This document shows positions 13,115 to 29,800 of a DNA stretch of 64,000 nucleotides, piece by piece; within the stretch, counting starts at the first letter, position 1, and the number at the start of each line of letters is the position of its first letter. The notes below the pieces were generated by a model. That model did not search any database. It was not told the DNA's origin and was given only the letters and a program-made list of their open reading frames with translations. This DNA comes from Balanoglossus misakiensis. Taxonomy: Eukaryota; Animalia; Hemichordata. The DNA is taken from assembly GCA_040954595.2 (NCBI GenBank), contig CM082594.2:11350276-11414275 (forward strand), in the 5' to 3' direction. The translations under genes and the position numbers were made by a program.

Positions 13115-15603
13115 ACATCTTTACAAGAATAGGATCGGTTGGTGAGGTGAGGATTCGCCGCCGACGGGAAATGGAAACCAAGGTCCGGTCTGTTGCTTCA
13201 CTGGGATATTCTTGGAAAACGATCCTGTTGTTGATACCCTATATCACGTTCCAGTGTTTGGCGGTAACGATGGTGGAATTGATGGTATTGTTTAGTTGTC
13301 CCCCTTTGAGGTTTTCAAGCTCGTCGTGCATTTCTGTGACATGTAATTAATAATTTGAAATGGGAATTGTAAAATCTTTTCACACTCATGGCGCTAACGG
13401 CATATCATACACACTACCGATACTTCCACTACAAGTAACTAGGTCGCGAAATACTGACTATTTTATGTACTGTTCAGTGCAAATAAATCGTAATGTTGGA
13501 AGTGATACTGCGATTGTGGCACTTATCGTTAATAAGGAATTCGTCTTTGTTCAGAAAACATACAAACACGTCCATGTAAACAGCGGCGCATGCGTTCGTG
13601 CGTCCGCCGTATGTCTGCGTGTTTACTGGGAAGCATTTAACGTTTCATTTGTGTGTTTACATTTCCTAGATGGTACGTCCGTGCTGGGGTAATGATTTAC
13701 AACAACTATTATCCGGCCCGTTCTGAAAAAAATGGAAAATTAGTGCTGCCAAAATAAAAATGTCGTATGTTGACATTTGAATCACTTAAATTGTTGCTGT
13801 CAGCACCGCAATATGGAAGGGGTGGTGTACGCGCGTTGATCCGTGCAACCACATTCTCCAATAAATCATCAAATCTTTACTACTAGTAACTCTAGACATA
13901 CAGAGCACCTACAGAGTTTTTAAATTGGCAAAACAGGGCCGTCGATTCACTATATAATTGTAGTTTTTCTTCAATATTAAGTATGATCAATTTTAATATA
14001 ATCCACACCCCTTATTGCCGTTTTGAAAAGAAAAGTAACAGCGTTTACACTTTCCCACAGAGAAGAGAAATGTTATTTTTGAATCACACGCTGTTTCGGG
14101 ATTGATTTTTTTGTCTGTAAACGCGCACGCGTGGACTCCTCTCTGCGGTCCTATATCGTCAGATCAGAAGAGGTAAATTAAATGACCTCTGTTTTCGTTA
14201 GCTTCCAATTTATTTTCTCTCTGACTACTCCCGAGTGCTGCAGCTCACATACATGCCTTGCTTGATGTTATTTGGCAAAACCATGCTGTTATTAATTTTT
14301 ATTATGATTAAGGAATCCGTGGTTGATCTTTTCACGTTGTGATTATTTTTTTATATTTCAAATTGAGGGGATCTCGTGGTTATATACTCGCCAAGAGACA
14401 AAATATCGCCCAAAGGATGCGTTATAATGTGCAAACCAACAACAGACGACAGTGAACTATCAGCCAGTTTTGACCAATTTGCGTCGACACACGGTTTGAG
14501 TCACTGACGCAACCGCATATATACTTATTAATTTTCGCTACCTTTGCTTTGCCTCGGCCCTCGACTACAACTTTACTGTGTACTTGTAATGCTAAGAATT
14601 AATATCTCTCGTCGACTTCAAGGGCACCCCGAGGCTTTGCGTTCATTTATAACTTCCTGTGATAATGTACTTAAGTTCTTAGTACATAAAAATGAAAAAA
14701 GAGAAGTTTGGTTAATTTCCTTGAGGATCAGTAACTGTTGAAACCAATGGACGCACGTTGGATGATTGGTGCGCACAATGGTTTAACATATGATGAAAAC
14801 TTCCAACGAATTTGCATAAATGATGCAACTTATCCGCTCTGCTTTCTTCAGAACACACGGAGAACAGTTCTGTGACTTTTGGACAGATCGCGAGGAAATC
14901 ATTTTATCTTAATATTGGCATGATTAACTCCAGTGTCAGGGTCTACGGGGGGTCAGAATCAATTACTGTCATCCGTAACACGCCTACGACTTTGCCATAT
15001 TTTATCACGTCATGCACGCCCCCACTCAAAACGACTATTACTGTTGGTGAACTGCATGGTGGTCGCAACCAGGCTGTACAAAACTCGCGGCCTTGACTCC
15101 TGCGTCCCGCCGAATTTTGTATCGCAAACAATTCATGAAAATGTGTTTTCATTTTTCTTTTTTCGATGAGTATTTTCTCGGGCCTAAGTGGACACTATTT
15201 TATGAGTTTTATCCGCTGGAATCACGGGGCAATGTTTTGTACAGGGAATTTAAGTGCTTTAGATACAATATGGAATCGTCAGCATCATATTGTAAAAATA
15301 ATGGTAGGGAATTATGTTGAGCGATATACTTTTCAGCGATCTGACATATGGATCAAATCTGCCATTTTTGTTTTTCTGATGAGCAACCTGTACTGTCCAA
15401 CTGCTTGAAAAAAGCTGAATTGTCGGTAGACCGAATGAATTTTAGGTTCTGCCCGTGACAGTCTGATATTTCGAGTACCAAAAGATCGGTCACGCGAAAT
15501 CATCGGCCATGCACACAAGACACAAACGTATAAAATGAGTGATTGGCAATTAAAATTATTTACCGTTGTACGTGCTGCACCAAGTGGTGTCGTTTTTCTC
15601 GTA

Positions 15604-15687
15604 TGACGTCACCAGATCTACTTTATGAACACACTACACCACCGCTATTCGGTCTCAATCTGTTTTCTCCTGACCCGTGTGACGTCA
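15604..15687. promoter_or_regulatory. Pair of perfect CRE palindromes (TGACGTCA)
   Basis: TGACGTCA at 15604-15611 and 15680-15687; further copies at 2287-2294 and 9122-9129. Function is inferred from the motif only. Confidence 0.4.
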
Positions 15688-16330
15688 TCATTTCGTCACC
15701 ACCGGACTCGTCCTTGGGGCCTCGACTCCGTGTGTAATGCAATACTATTCAACAAATTAATAGAAATGCACAAACTCTAAAATGGAACTCATGCTTGAAA
15801 TTTACATTGCACCGTTCAATGTGGCATCTACACACAGTGGCTGATAGAAAGAGGGACGACTTGCAATCTCCAGTAATGTTTGAGTGGGATAAAAGGACTT
15901 TATTTTAACAACTATTAAAATCTCGAAAAGAAAAGAACTTGACGCCGGGCTGACTTCTCCCCCGGCAGCTCGAGGTTTTGCCTTCCATGCACATCATGCA
16001 CATGGTTCAATAGCAAGTCACACAGTTCACCGGTAGAGGGCGTGGTTGCATGACCTGATCAGTTCCAGGATCAGTCCCCCTTCCCAGTCTGGAGGAGGTT
16101 AATAGAAGGTATAGTGTGATGTTTGTAATAATTGTGCTTTAACATTGGCTTGTTGAAGCTATATTGTGTGACTTGGCGTCATGGCAGTATTCGCTGCATG
16201 TGTACATGTAAATCCAGCCATTGCTGAGGTTCGCTCTGTTGCCCCTACTATTACTACCTAGTACCTCCTCCTTCCCACCCTACCCCTCAACACAAGCAAC
16301 GGAGGAAACGTCAACGGCACAGCTCGCAAT

Positions 16331-16395
16331 GTAGTTGACAGCGCTTATATTCTAACTCTAAGCTAAGCTATTATATTCTAAGCGCTGTCAACTAC
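16331..16395. repeat. Perfect 17-bp inverted repeat with a 31-bp AT-rich spacer (hairpin or mini-MITE)
   Basis: GTAGTTGACAGCGCTTA (16331-16347) and TAAGCGCTGTCAACTAC (16379-16395). Confidence 0.85.
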
Positions 16396-16574
16396 TGTGG
16401 GACGTGTGGTTAACGGTAGGACTGTCCATCTGTGGATGGGACCCATGAAACTTGCTGTAGCTGTTCATGTACCATTGATTCTGTTGTGGTCACACCATAC
16501 GGTCATGGTTATGCCTAAACAGGGATGTTTCCATTCTGATCCTTACAGGTAGAGTCAACAGCTGAAGCCAAACC

Positions 16575-18950
16575 ATGGCCCACACATTTGGCAGATTTTA
16601 CCAACTTTTCAGAACGCAAATTGTTGTATCCAGTGGCTGTACGTCGAGGGTGCGATGGATTTCTTTAGACAGTTGTAAATGGAAGAATTTTAACTATCCA
16701 TTGACTTGTGATGACATGCCAAGATCAGGTGGAATTGCATCCATGTGCAGACTTCCCGTTCAAACTACAGCTGAAGGTAAAAGTGAATTTCTCTTGACTT
16801 TCACATGAGTCAGAAAAGATATTTGTGATCTATCTTTAAAGTGGCTGCAGGTATTTCGATGAATTGTTTCTTGACAGCTGTGTTGATCATTGATTGATGT
16901 TTCTTAATATCAGTATTCAACAGTCTCACAAAATGTCTTTTATAGCCAACAGATTTGTCATTGATCTTTTTGAACAGGTCTAGATGTATGTTTTGTGGGT
17001 ATACCACTGGATATTGGCACATCGAATCGTTCTGGTGCAAGACTTGGTCCTCGTCAGATCAGGGCAGAATCCTGCATAATCGGAGCCTTCAATCCTGTTA
17101 CAGGTATATAAACTATCAACTGGAAAGCAAGGGTGTATTTTGAATGTGGAGTTTTGTAAACTGACATTTTAAAATATTTTTGGTGAATCTAGATTAGAGT
17201 AACAAGGTGAAAGCAGACATATAGCAATTTCATCTGTAAAAGTCATCACTTGGGGGCGCTCTCCATTGGTATGTTTGGTCTCCAGAACCCTGTACTTTGT
17301 ACTTTGTATTACCAGCAAGCCTTTGGAACACACGTCTCCATTAGGAAAGATCTTTTCTGTAGTCAATCAATCTTTACAAGCAACACATGTTTTGAAATTA
17401 CAACCAGCAGTCACAAAAGATCTATTAACTAATCTCAATACAATCACCTCTTCAGGCGCAGCGCCGTTCGAGTCGTTAAAAGTGGCTGACATCGGCGATG
17501 TCAACATCAATCTGTTTGATTTGAAGAAAGCCTGTCAAGACATTACAGAATTCTACAGAACTAAGATACTGCCATATGATTGTAAACCATTGACTCTAGG
17601 TGGTGATCACACATTATCCTATCCAGTCCTTAAAGCACTTAAGGTAACTGTTTTGTAAATAATTCCAATGACTCAACCATTCTGTATGTTAACATAAGGG
17701 TACATATCAATGTCCATGGCAAGTAGCCACCAGATGGAGCATATTGCATTGCTGTAGTATAGCATCATCTCTCATGATGTCATTAAAATACATTTGCATC
17801 TCTATTAACTTCTCCTTTCATCTTGACAGGAAAAACATGGTCCTCTAGGAATGATTCACATCGATGCTCACTGTGACACTGGAGAACATATGATGGGCGA
17901 AAAGATAGCACATGGTACACCATTCAAAAGGGCTGTGGATGAAGGTCTATTGGATTGCAAGCGTGTGGTTACTCTTGGCTTACGTGGACAAATGAATGAC
18001 CCCAGCGATGACTGGAAAATTCCGGTAACATTTCTTTATAATTCTGTTAACCCTTTCTTTTCCATGTGTCATTTCAACTTGGATAGCAGGGAAAGCTATA
18101 CTTCATATACAAAACAGAAAAATGCTGATTAAGTGTATAGCACACACTCGGTTGTTCATTGGAAGGGAATTAATGTTCAATGTGGTGAAGGTAAGGGTTT
18201 TCAGCTGAGTGCATCAGTTTTGGCATATTGTTAATAATCCTTTGTTTTATCTAGGGATTCCGATACATTTGGGCACATCAGTTTTGGAATAAGTCCATGG
18301 AATCTCTCATGGATGAAATCAGGCAACATATGGGAGCTGGTCCGGTCTACATTAGCTTTGATATTGATGCTTTGGATCCCAGCGTGGCCCCTGGTACAGG
18401 TCAGTACAAGGTCAAAGTTCAACTTGCTGCGGAGAAGTGTATATCGATCATGTGCAAGAAAATACCAACAATTTCTATCCTACCAGTGGCTGTAGTCATG
18501 AGACAACCATAAAACACCACTCTAATGTGGGATCCAACAATGCTTTTTACAAAATTTCATTTTAAAAGTGCGATCACTTTCCATGTTGCAGGATTTCCCG
18601 AAATTGGAGGATTTACATCGATGCAAGTGCTGGAGATCATAAGAGGTTGTAAAGGACTTGATATTATCGGTGGAGATTTAGTAGAGGTAGGTCAAAGTTC
18701 ATTTCTTGCTGAACCCTTGATTGTCATATGCCGTCCTTACCCTCGTCAAGCACTTTGTTTTTATGGAGTGTATAATCTCTGTCTCTCTCGGTCTCTCCCC
18801 CACCCCTCTCTGTCTCTCTCTCTCCTCATTCTGCAGGTGTCCCCACTATATGACACGACTGGCACAACTGCGATAGTTGCTGCAAATTTCTTGTATGAAA
18901 TGTTATGTGCATTGCCTGGTGTCAAGTATTATCCTGTAACGCATTGGTAG
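16575..18950 (+). CDS. AGMAT: Agmatinase / guanidino acid hydrolase (ureohydrolase family), 7 coding exons
   Basis: Exons 16575-16776, 16978-17103, 17456-17643, 17830-18024, 18255-18399, 18592-18686 and 18837-18950 splice in frame with GT-AG. Motifs GTSNRSGARLGP, LGGDH, HIDAHCD, HGTPF, SFDIDALDPSVAPGTG and DLVEVSP are present, and the protein is colinear with vertebrate AGMAT. The N-terminus looks like a mitochondrial transit peptide. AATAAA at 19225-19230. Confidence 0.93.
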
Positions 18951-19973
18951 CCATAGCAACAAAGACAGAAGTTTGGGATTTGCACAAGAGGCAAAATCTT
19001 GCCAGAGCAGTATCGCTGCTCTGGCAATTAGCTGTGTTTTTTTTATTTTATTTTCTCCAATGTTCACGATCTGTTAGGTCACAAAAGGTCAATACTAGCT
19101 AGCACCTTGTGGTTCAAAGAACGCTATTCAATGAAATGACATTGGATATTTTGCTTTATTAACTCTATTTATTTTTTAGTGCGTTTTGCCCTGTTTGTGT
19201 TTATTGTACAGTCATACAGCCTTGAATAAAGAAAAGATAAAAGAGTCAAACGAATTTACCACCACGACACGTCAACCTGTTTTGAAGACATTTAATATGT
19301 ATGTACAGTAAGGAAATATACACAACCTCAAAATTCAACTTCTTTGAGTTAAAAAACAAACAAACTGAGATACAAAGTGACTGTCTTCATAGCTCTACTG
19401 AAAATGTAAGTGACCTGGTCAGCAAGATATTTTGCCTTTAACAATTGAGAAGGAAGTGAAAACTGTTGATAGGTGAGATTTTTTAAATGGACGGACAGTA
19501 CATTATTTGTCTGGAAAAAATGAAGTCTCTGAAGAGGGAACTGGGTGAGGCAATAGTCACTAATCTATGGTTCTAGGATCCGCATCTTGCCATGAAATCT
19601 GCTAAGCTGATCAAAACAGAGTAAAAGGTTACGGACAAGGGTCAAGCAATAATAACACATCTTTTGCAGCCAGTTAAAGTTTCATCATATGTAAGTACAT
19701 GTATTCAGTGTTCTTAAAATAGAAATATTAAAATCAATCTGGAGATTACTTTATTCCTTGTTTTCACACATAATGTGGGCCGCCACAATATGTGTCATTT
19801 TTGTCATCAAAGTGCTCATGAATCTCAATGCAAATAAACATTCAAATTTTCTATAGTTTAGAAACTGGATGGGCAGGACAAGACAAGGCTGACAACAAAC
19901 TAAAGCCAGAACAGTCAACACAAGGGAAAACACAAAGTAAGTACACTAAATTAATACATCGTACAAAATTATC

Positions 19974-23551
<3,578 letters not shown>

Positions 23552-23874
23552 CTTGTAAAGAATTTAAGACCACCTAGGTCATATCATAAAAGTTACTTCA
23601 GAGAAACCCTGACAGATAGCACATTTGCGTTTGTTTCGAGCAATGGTTAGTTTTAATGCGTACTGAAGATACTTGCCGAACTCTCTGAACCCCAAAAGGG
23701 ATTAAATTAATCGAACAACAAATATAATTATACAATGGATTTTAGGTGACCTTTGACACTCTTTCGACTACTAATATGACTGAGTTAAAGGGTCGTATGT
23801 ACCGGAAGTGCAGTCCCTGGTAGGAACACGTGTATGTTGATTACAACATCTATCTGACGTGTTTAGGGTGGAAA
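23552..23874. promoter_or_regulatory. Bidirectional promoter between BBS4 and WDR36
   Basis: Only 323 bp separate the divergent ATGs. ETS/GABP-type ACCGGAAGTG at 23801-23810; YY1-type CAAGATGGCGG over the BBS4 start (minus strand, 23545-23555). Confidence 0.7.
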
Positions 23875-26800
23875 ATGACGCAAGATGGTAGTCGAATCTT
23901 TGTTGGTTATAGAGCATTGGGTTTTCACAGTAACCATATCCCCCTTGCACTACGATACCACAAAAAACACAGAGAGAACTACGTAATAACCGTAGTTGGA
24001 AAAGCATTCCACACGTATAACGTAAGTAACCAGCTAGGATGATCTGTGTTTACTTCCAACGATGCAATCAAGTATATTATTAATGATATGATATATTTTC
24101 GTAATTGTACTATCTTTCATGGAAACCGATCTATAATATAATCTCACAAATTTAGACTATGGTAGCAGTGTTTCACCTAGACGGGGGATAGGGACCCCCC
24201 CCCTGTTTACATTGGTAGTCCCTAGCAATTTGTCGGGAGGGGGGGGGGGCAGTCATTCACCCCTAACATAACCCACGTATAACCTGAGAAGTTAACTGAA
24301 ACTTATTTGAAATTTCATTTATTTTATGCTCATATTTATATTTTGCAGTGTTCCAGGTTAAGAATCACAGCTGTCAGTAAGTACATATTCATTTCAAATT
24401 CAGCAATATTCTTCATGTGATATTCATTTTTTCACATTTTCATTTTCCTTAATGTTAACTTTTCTTTGTGACTACACAGGTGATGTTCACCCAGATAACA
24501 TTACATGTATGACTGTGGATGCGTATCTTGTCTTCACCGCCTGTAATAATGTCATCAGAGCATTTGAACGAAATCAAACAGTAAGTGTTCAGTGTTCTTT
24601 AATAATAGCAAGTCAATACTAGTCACTCACAAAGACAACAAGACAGCCAGTGTAATATTGTAACTAATAAGGTGAAGGAATATTATCTTTTCATTAGGTC
24701 CGACACACGTATGAAGGCCATGAGAGAGACATTCACACAATGTTGCCATTTGGTGATCACCTGATATCTGTTGACGAAGATAATGTTATGAAAATTTGGG
24801 ACATCCACTCAAGAGGTCAGTCTTTCAAAAGAACTACAGTGAAACCTGTCTATTAAGGACGCCCTCTGGGACCAGAAAATCTATAACTTTTGTCTTACAA
24901 AATCTTTCCTTAATTTATTGAGAGGTATCCTGATTAGAGAAGTTTCCATAATGACAGGTTTCACTTCTATTATTCAGTCTGGTTAAAGCCCCTGAGTTCT
25001 AAATGAAACCATCATGAAATCAAGTACTGATATAAACTGAGAAACAATATCTGGCTTGTTTGTTTTTGGTGCTAGAACTCTACCTTGAGGTGAATTTTGA
25101 GAAGAAGACTTTCCAAATCTCTGCAGTGGTCCATCCAAGTACCTATCTGAATAAAGTCCTCTTTGGAAGTCGACAGGGTACCATGCAGATATGGAACATC
25201 AAAACAAAGTGAGTATACATACATATACATAGCCACTCAGTGAAGATCTGTGATTAGCAAGATCTCAACTTTTCATAATAACTGTGGCAAAATGCAAGTG
25301 TATGTTTTTGAGTTCACATAAAATTTTTAAAAAAGATATTTGTATGACTTGTTTCAGCAAACTGCTGTACAGCTTTGAAAGTTTCCATTCTGCCATAACT
25401 GTGCTTGAGCAGGCACCAGCTGTGGATGTCATTGCAGTTGGTCTAGAATCAGGCAAGATAGTGCTTCACAACATCAAGTTTGACGAGAGTGTAATGACAC
25501 TGAGTCAAGAATGGGGACCGGTCACAGCAATCTCATTCAGAACAGGTGTGTACAGTGTTCTTATTGTTGGGTCAGTGTGGTCTGCTTTCATCCAGCTGTA
25601 CCATAGGGCTTATAATAGAATCACGAATGTTTTTCTGATATTCATAACCTAGTCTTCTTATTAAATATTCAGTAAAATTGTATTTTCGGTATGCATGAGT
25701 GTTATTCCGAAAACATTATCAACTCAAGTCATACACGCTTTACACTCAGACTAATGACACTGTATTTATCTGATATGCAGATGGCCACCCAGTCATGGCA
25801 ACAGGAAGTACTGCTGGTCACATTGCATTGTGGGACCTAGAGGAGCGCAAGTTGTTGAGTCAGATGCGTGATGTCCACAATGGAGCTGTAACTGGAATGA
25901 AATATTTGCCCTCAGAACCTTTGATGATCACATCAGCTGCAGACAATTCTATTAAGGTAACATTCACCCTAAATTGACCTCAATAAGAAGTGCATATCTT
26001 TTTTTTAATTTAAAAATACTAACTATAGTGGCCACAGTCCTTATTGTTGTGTTGCTATGCGCATCACTCGAGTAACACAGTTACATTTACTGTTTTGTCA
26101 TGCAAACTACATATAACTATCAGAAATTTCTTATTGCATGACATATTTTTCAGACCTGGATATTTGATATGCCAGATGGAGGAGGCAGGTTACTACGGCA
26201 ACGGAGTGGCCATTATGCTCCTCCTGACAAGATTAAGTTCTACGGAAATGATGGGAAGGATATCCTATCTGCTGGTAAGTGACTGTGTGACAATTTTGTT
26301 GCTATGATCTTTCATGCGGGAGTTGTATGCCAGACGGAGAAAATCTGAAACATCTAAGATGGCTTTACATTGTTGCTTCACAGGTCAAGACAGTACACTC
26401 AAGTCTTTCTCAACTGAACACGACAAACACAACAAGAACTTTGGGCAAGCCACAATGAACAAAAAACTGGTGAAGAAGAAAGGGCTGAAATATGACGAAT
26501 TTAAACTTCCACCAATCACAGCATTTGCCACCGGTAAGTCATTTAAAATGAAAATGAATTACACTTATAGTTGATAGTATTTTGTCAAAACAGTGTCGGC
26601 TTTTGTGTGCATTAAGCCATTATCTTCCAAGTTCAAGTGCAGATTAACTGAAAATAAGCTTTAGTCACACATCTCGTCTTTGTTCAACAGAAACTGCTCG
26701 ACAAAGTGAATGGGATGGAATCATTGCCTGTCACCTTGGCAGCCAAGTCATCACAACATGGAACTACCAGACAAGCAGTATGGGCAAACATAAAATTAAG

Positions 26801-29800
26801 CATGAAAGATTTAGAAAGAGCAGAACAACTGTAGAGGCATTGGTGAGTCCACTATTTTGAAGAAAAAAAGAAGAAAATATGATACACTTTCTCCATAGAG
26901 TAAACAGAGAGATTTGCGGCCATTTTGAATTTTAAATTTGAAACAATTTTATTCACTCATTTATTCATTCAAAATTTTGCACAGCATCCCCCAATTTAAA
27001 AAGAGAACTGCCTGATGATGAATTTTTCATTCTTTTGCTTTCAGTGTGTGGACATCAGTAGCTGTGGTAATTTTTTTGTTGTCGGTTGGAACACCGGCCA
27101 TGTTGACTTGTATAACATCCAGTCTGGTATTCATAGAGGGCAGTATGGCGACCAAACAGGTAAATCTTCAAAGTTGTCCAACAGTTCCATTTAATCAAGT
27201 GAAACCATGAACATTTTGCACAGTGGTACATTAATGTCAGCTGAGTAACATGTTATTTCTATTGATTAGCTCATGACAGTGCTGTTCGAGGGTTATGTAT
27301 TGATGGACTCAACCAGGTTGTCATCACGGCATCCACAGATAAAACTATCAAATTCTGGAGATTTAAGACAAAAGAATTGCTGCACACCCTTCCTATGGAA
27401 TCATCCGTAGATCACATTCTTCTTCATCGGGAAAGGTAAGCAGGATAGATTGGGTAGCTTCTGTTTTTCCTGGATCTCTACATAATGGCAAGAATCCACC
27501 TCAGTTTTCAATACAGTCACAAACACTGCACATCATTGGCAACCCGTAAGAAGTTCTCCCCTCCATAGTATTCATCATCATTATCACGTTTCTTTTTCAG
27601 TTCAATGTTAGCTGTTGCCCTTGACGACTTCAGTGTGGACGTGGTAGACATTGATGTCAGAAGAACTGTGAGAAGATTTTGCAGTCATGGAAACAGGGTG
27701 ACTGACATGGTAATAGCTTGGGTTGAAATTAAACATTGCTTTTACACCTCTGAGCAGATGTAATTGTTGAAATAACTGACACATGGCCATTGGCATCTTG
27801 TGATGAGGTTACACGATCATTTTCATTCTAAATACAACAGTACCATTTGATACAGCTAGAATGTGCCCTGTGTGACATTGTCATACTTTTTATCAAGCAG
27901 ACTCATCTTTGGTATTAAACCAAACTGTTATTAAATGATACTGACATTTCCCTTTTAACCTCTGTTTCCTATCACAGGCATTTAGTGCTGATGGTCGCTG
28001 GTTGTTGACTTCATCAATGGACTCAGCCATTCGCACATGGGATCTGCCATCTGGAAGGTAAATTCATCAACATCACACAAGGTTTCACCTGCAAGACAAA
28101 GTAAACTTTTGCCACTCACGAACTCGAAATACCATGTCATATTCACATTGCTGACATTTGAGTCTGTCAAACTTGACTATATCCAGTTGGGTAACCATTT
28201 CCTTCAATGTCACAAAATAAGCTAGTTACACTGCAAAGTTAGGTTTAGGTTATTGATTTGGATCATGTTGTCTGATATTACAAATGACATAATCAGTCAC
28301 ATATTGCATGAGTCAGTTGTCCCCCCTCAGCTGATAAACAATATACAGTACTCTATTTTATACAAATACACATCTGCCACATATCTGAATATTTGATCAT
28401 GAATTAAACACACAGGTTGATTGATGTATTCCTGGTGGACCCCGCACCGACTAGTATTGCTCTGTCGCCAACAGGCATGTTTCTAGCCACAGCCCATGTT
28501 GATGATTTAGGAATTTATCTGTGGTAAGTATCATCACCTGTGTTCCTCATAGAGGCAGTGCAGTACTTTCAACTTTACCAATCACACGTTTTTTAAATTT
28601 AGATAAACATGACCAAACAACAACCTGTCCATTTAATTCTAGGTCAAACCGCACGCTTTATAACTACGTTTCTTTGAACCCCTTACCTGAAGATTATACT
28701 CCCACAATGCTTCATTTACCTGGTACCCACTACACAGAACAAGGTAAGTGATGCTCCTTTGGTTTTCTGCCAGAATCACTCTAAGTATTCAACTGCTCCA
28801 AATGTTTGACCACAGATGTCCACCAGATATTATTGATCTGCAATTTAGGTGTTGATACAGTACGGTGGAGCTCACATTGGAAACATAGTGGAAGTGTACA
28901 TATGTTCTATTCAGGTACTTCACGTCTTATCTCTTTTGCGATTTGGAAATTGCAGATGAGAATGACGAGCCTATGGAACCTGTTGCCACATCAGAAGACG
29001 GCAGTGATGAGACTGGATTCAAATCACCAGAACAGATCTCCAATGAATTGGTGACATTGTCGTTACTTCCACATTCAAGATGGAAAAACTTGACCAACCT
29101 GGAACTGATCAAGGTAATGTTGCATCTTTAAGTTTTTAATTCCAGTCAGGTCTGTGATTCATGTATTTTTGTCAGATCTGAATAACTTGATTTGTGACAA
29201 TGTCTTCTCGTCTTTTGGTTGCAGAAAAGAAACAAGCCTAAGGAACCCCCTAAGGTGTCCAAATCAGCACCGTTCTTTCTTCCAACAGTTGCCGGATTAA
29301 CACCAAAGTTTGCCGTCCCCACTGAGGCTAACAAAGAAAAGGTGAGAAAATATTATTACTACTGCAATCACAAAACAGGTGTTTAACACAAGATCAGTTG
29401 GTTAATCTGCACCCACGGAAGATGTCCTATCATTGAATAAAAATTAATTTTGCAACATTTTGGATTAAATGGACCACATACAGCAAGAAAAGCTCCTTAT
29501 TTTGAATCAAACCAAGCTATAGAGATGCTGACCACATGTCTTTTCTGTATTTTTGCAGGCTGAATCACATGTTGTGCACCTACAAAATCTCGAACTGCAA
29601 TCCGACTTCATCCAACTTGTTCAGGAAAGTCTTGACAAGGAGAGTGTATGTAAGTAATGTGCATCATAAATACCATCATTGTACAATTTACATTATTTCA
29701 GGGTGAACTTTCATCCTTTTTGTTGTTATGGCAATGGACATCATTCTACTTTTCCATCCCTTATGTAATAGCTCCCAAACTCAAATGGTGGTGCTTTTTT

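Noticed and set aside
12896-13350. CCVVL / TTQHN repeat ORFs
   Set aside because: Translations of the (GTTGT)n microsatellite.
13100-14735. A further minus-strand peptide gene from acceptor-like sites at ~14731, ~13722 and ~13313
   Set aside because: I could not build a signal peptide or a continuous reading frame; it may be non-coding exons or chance.
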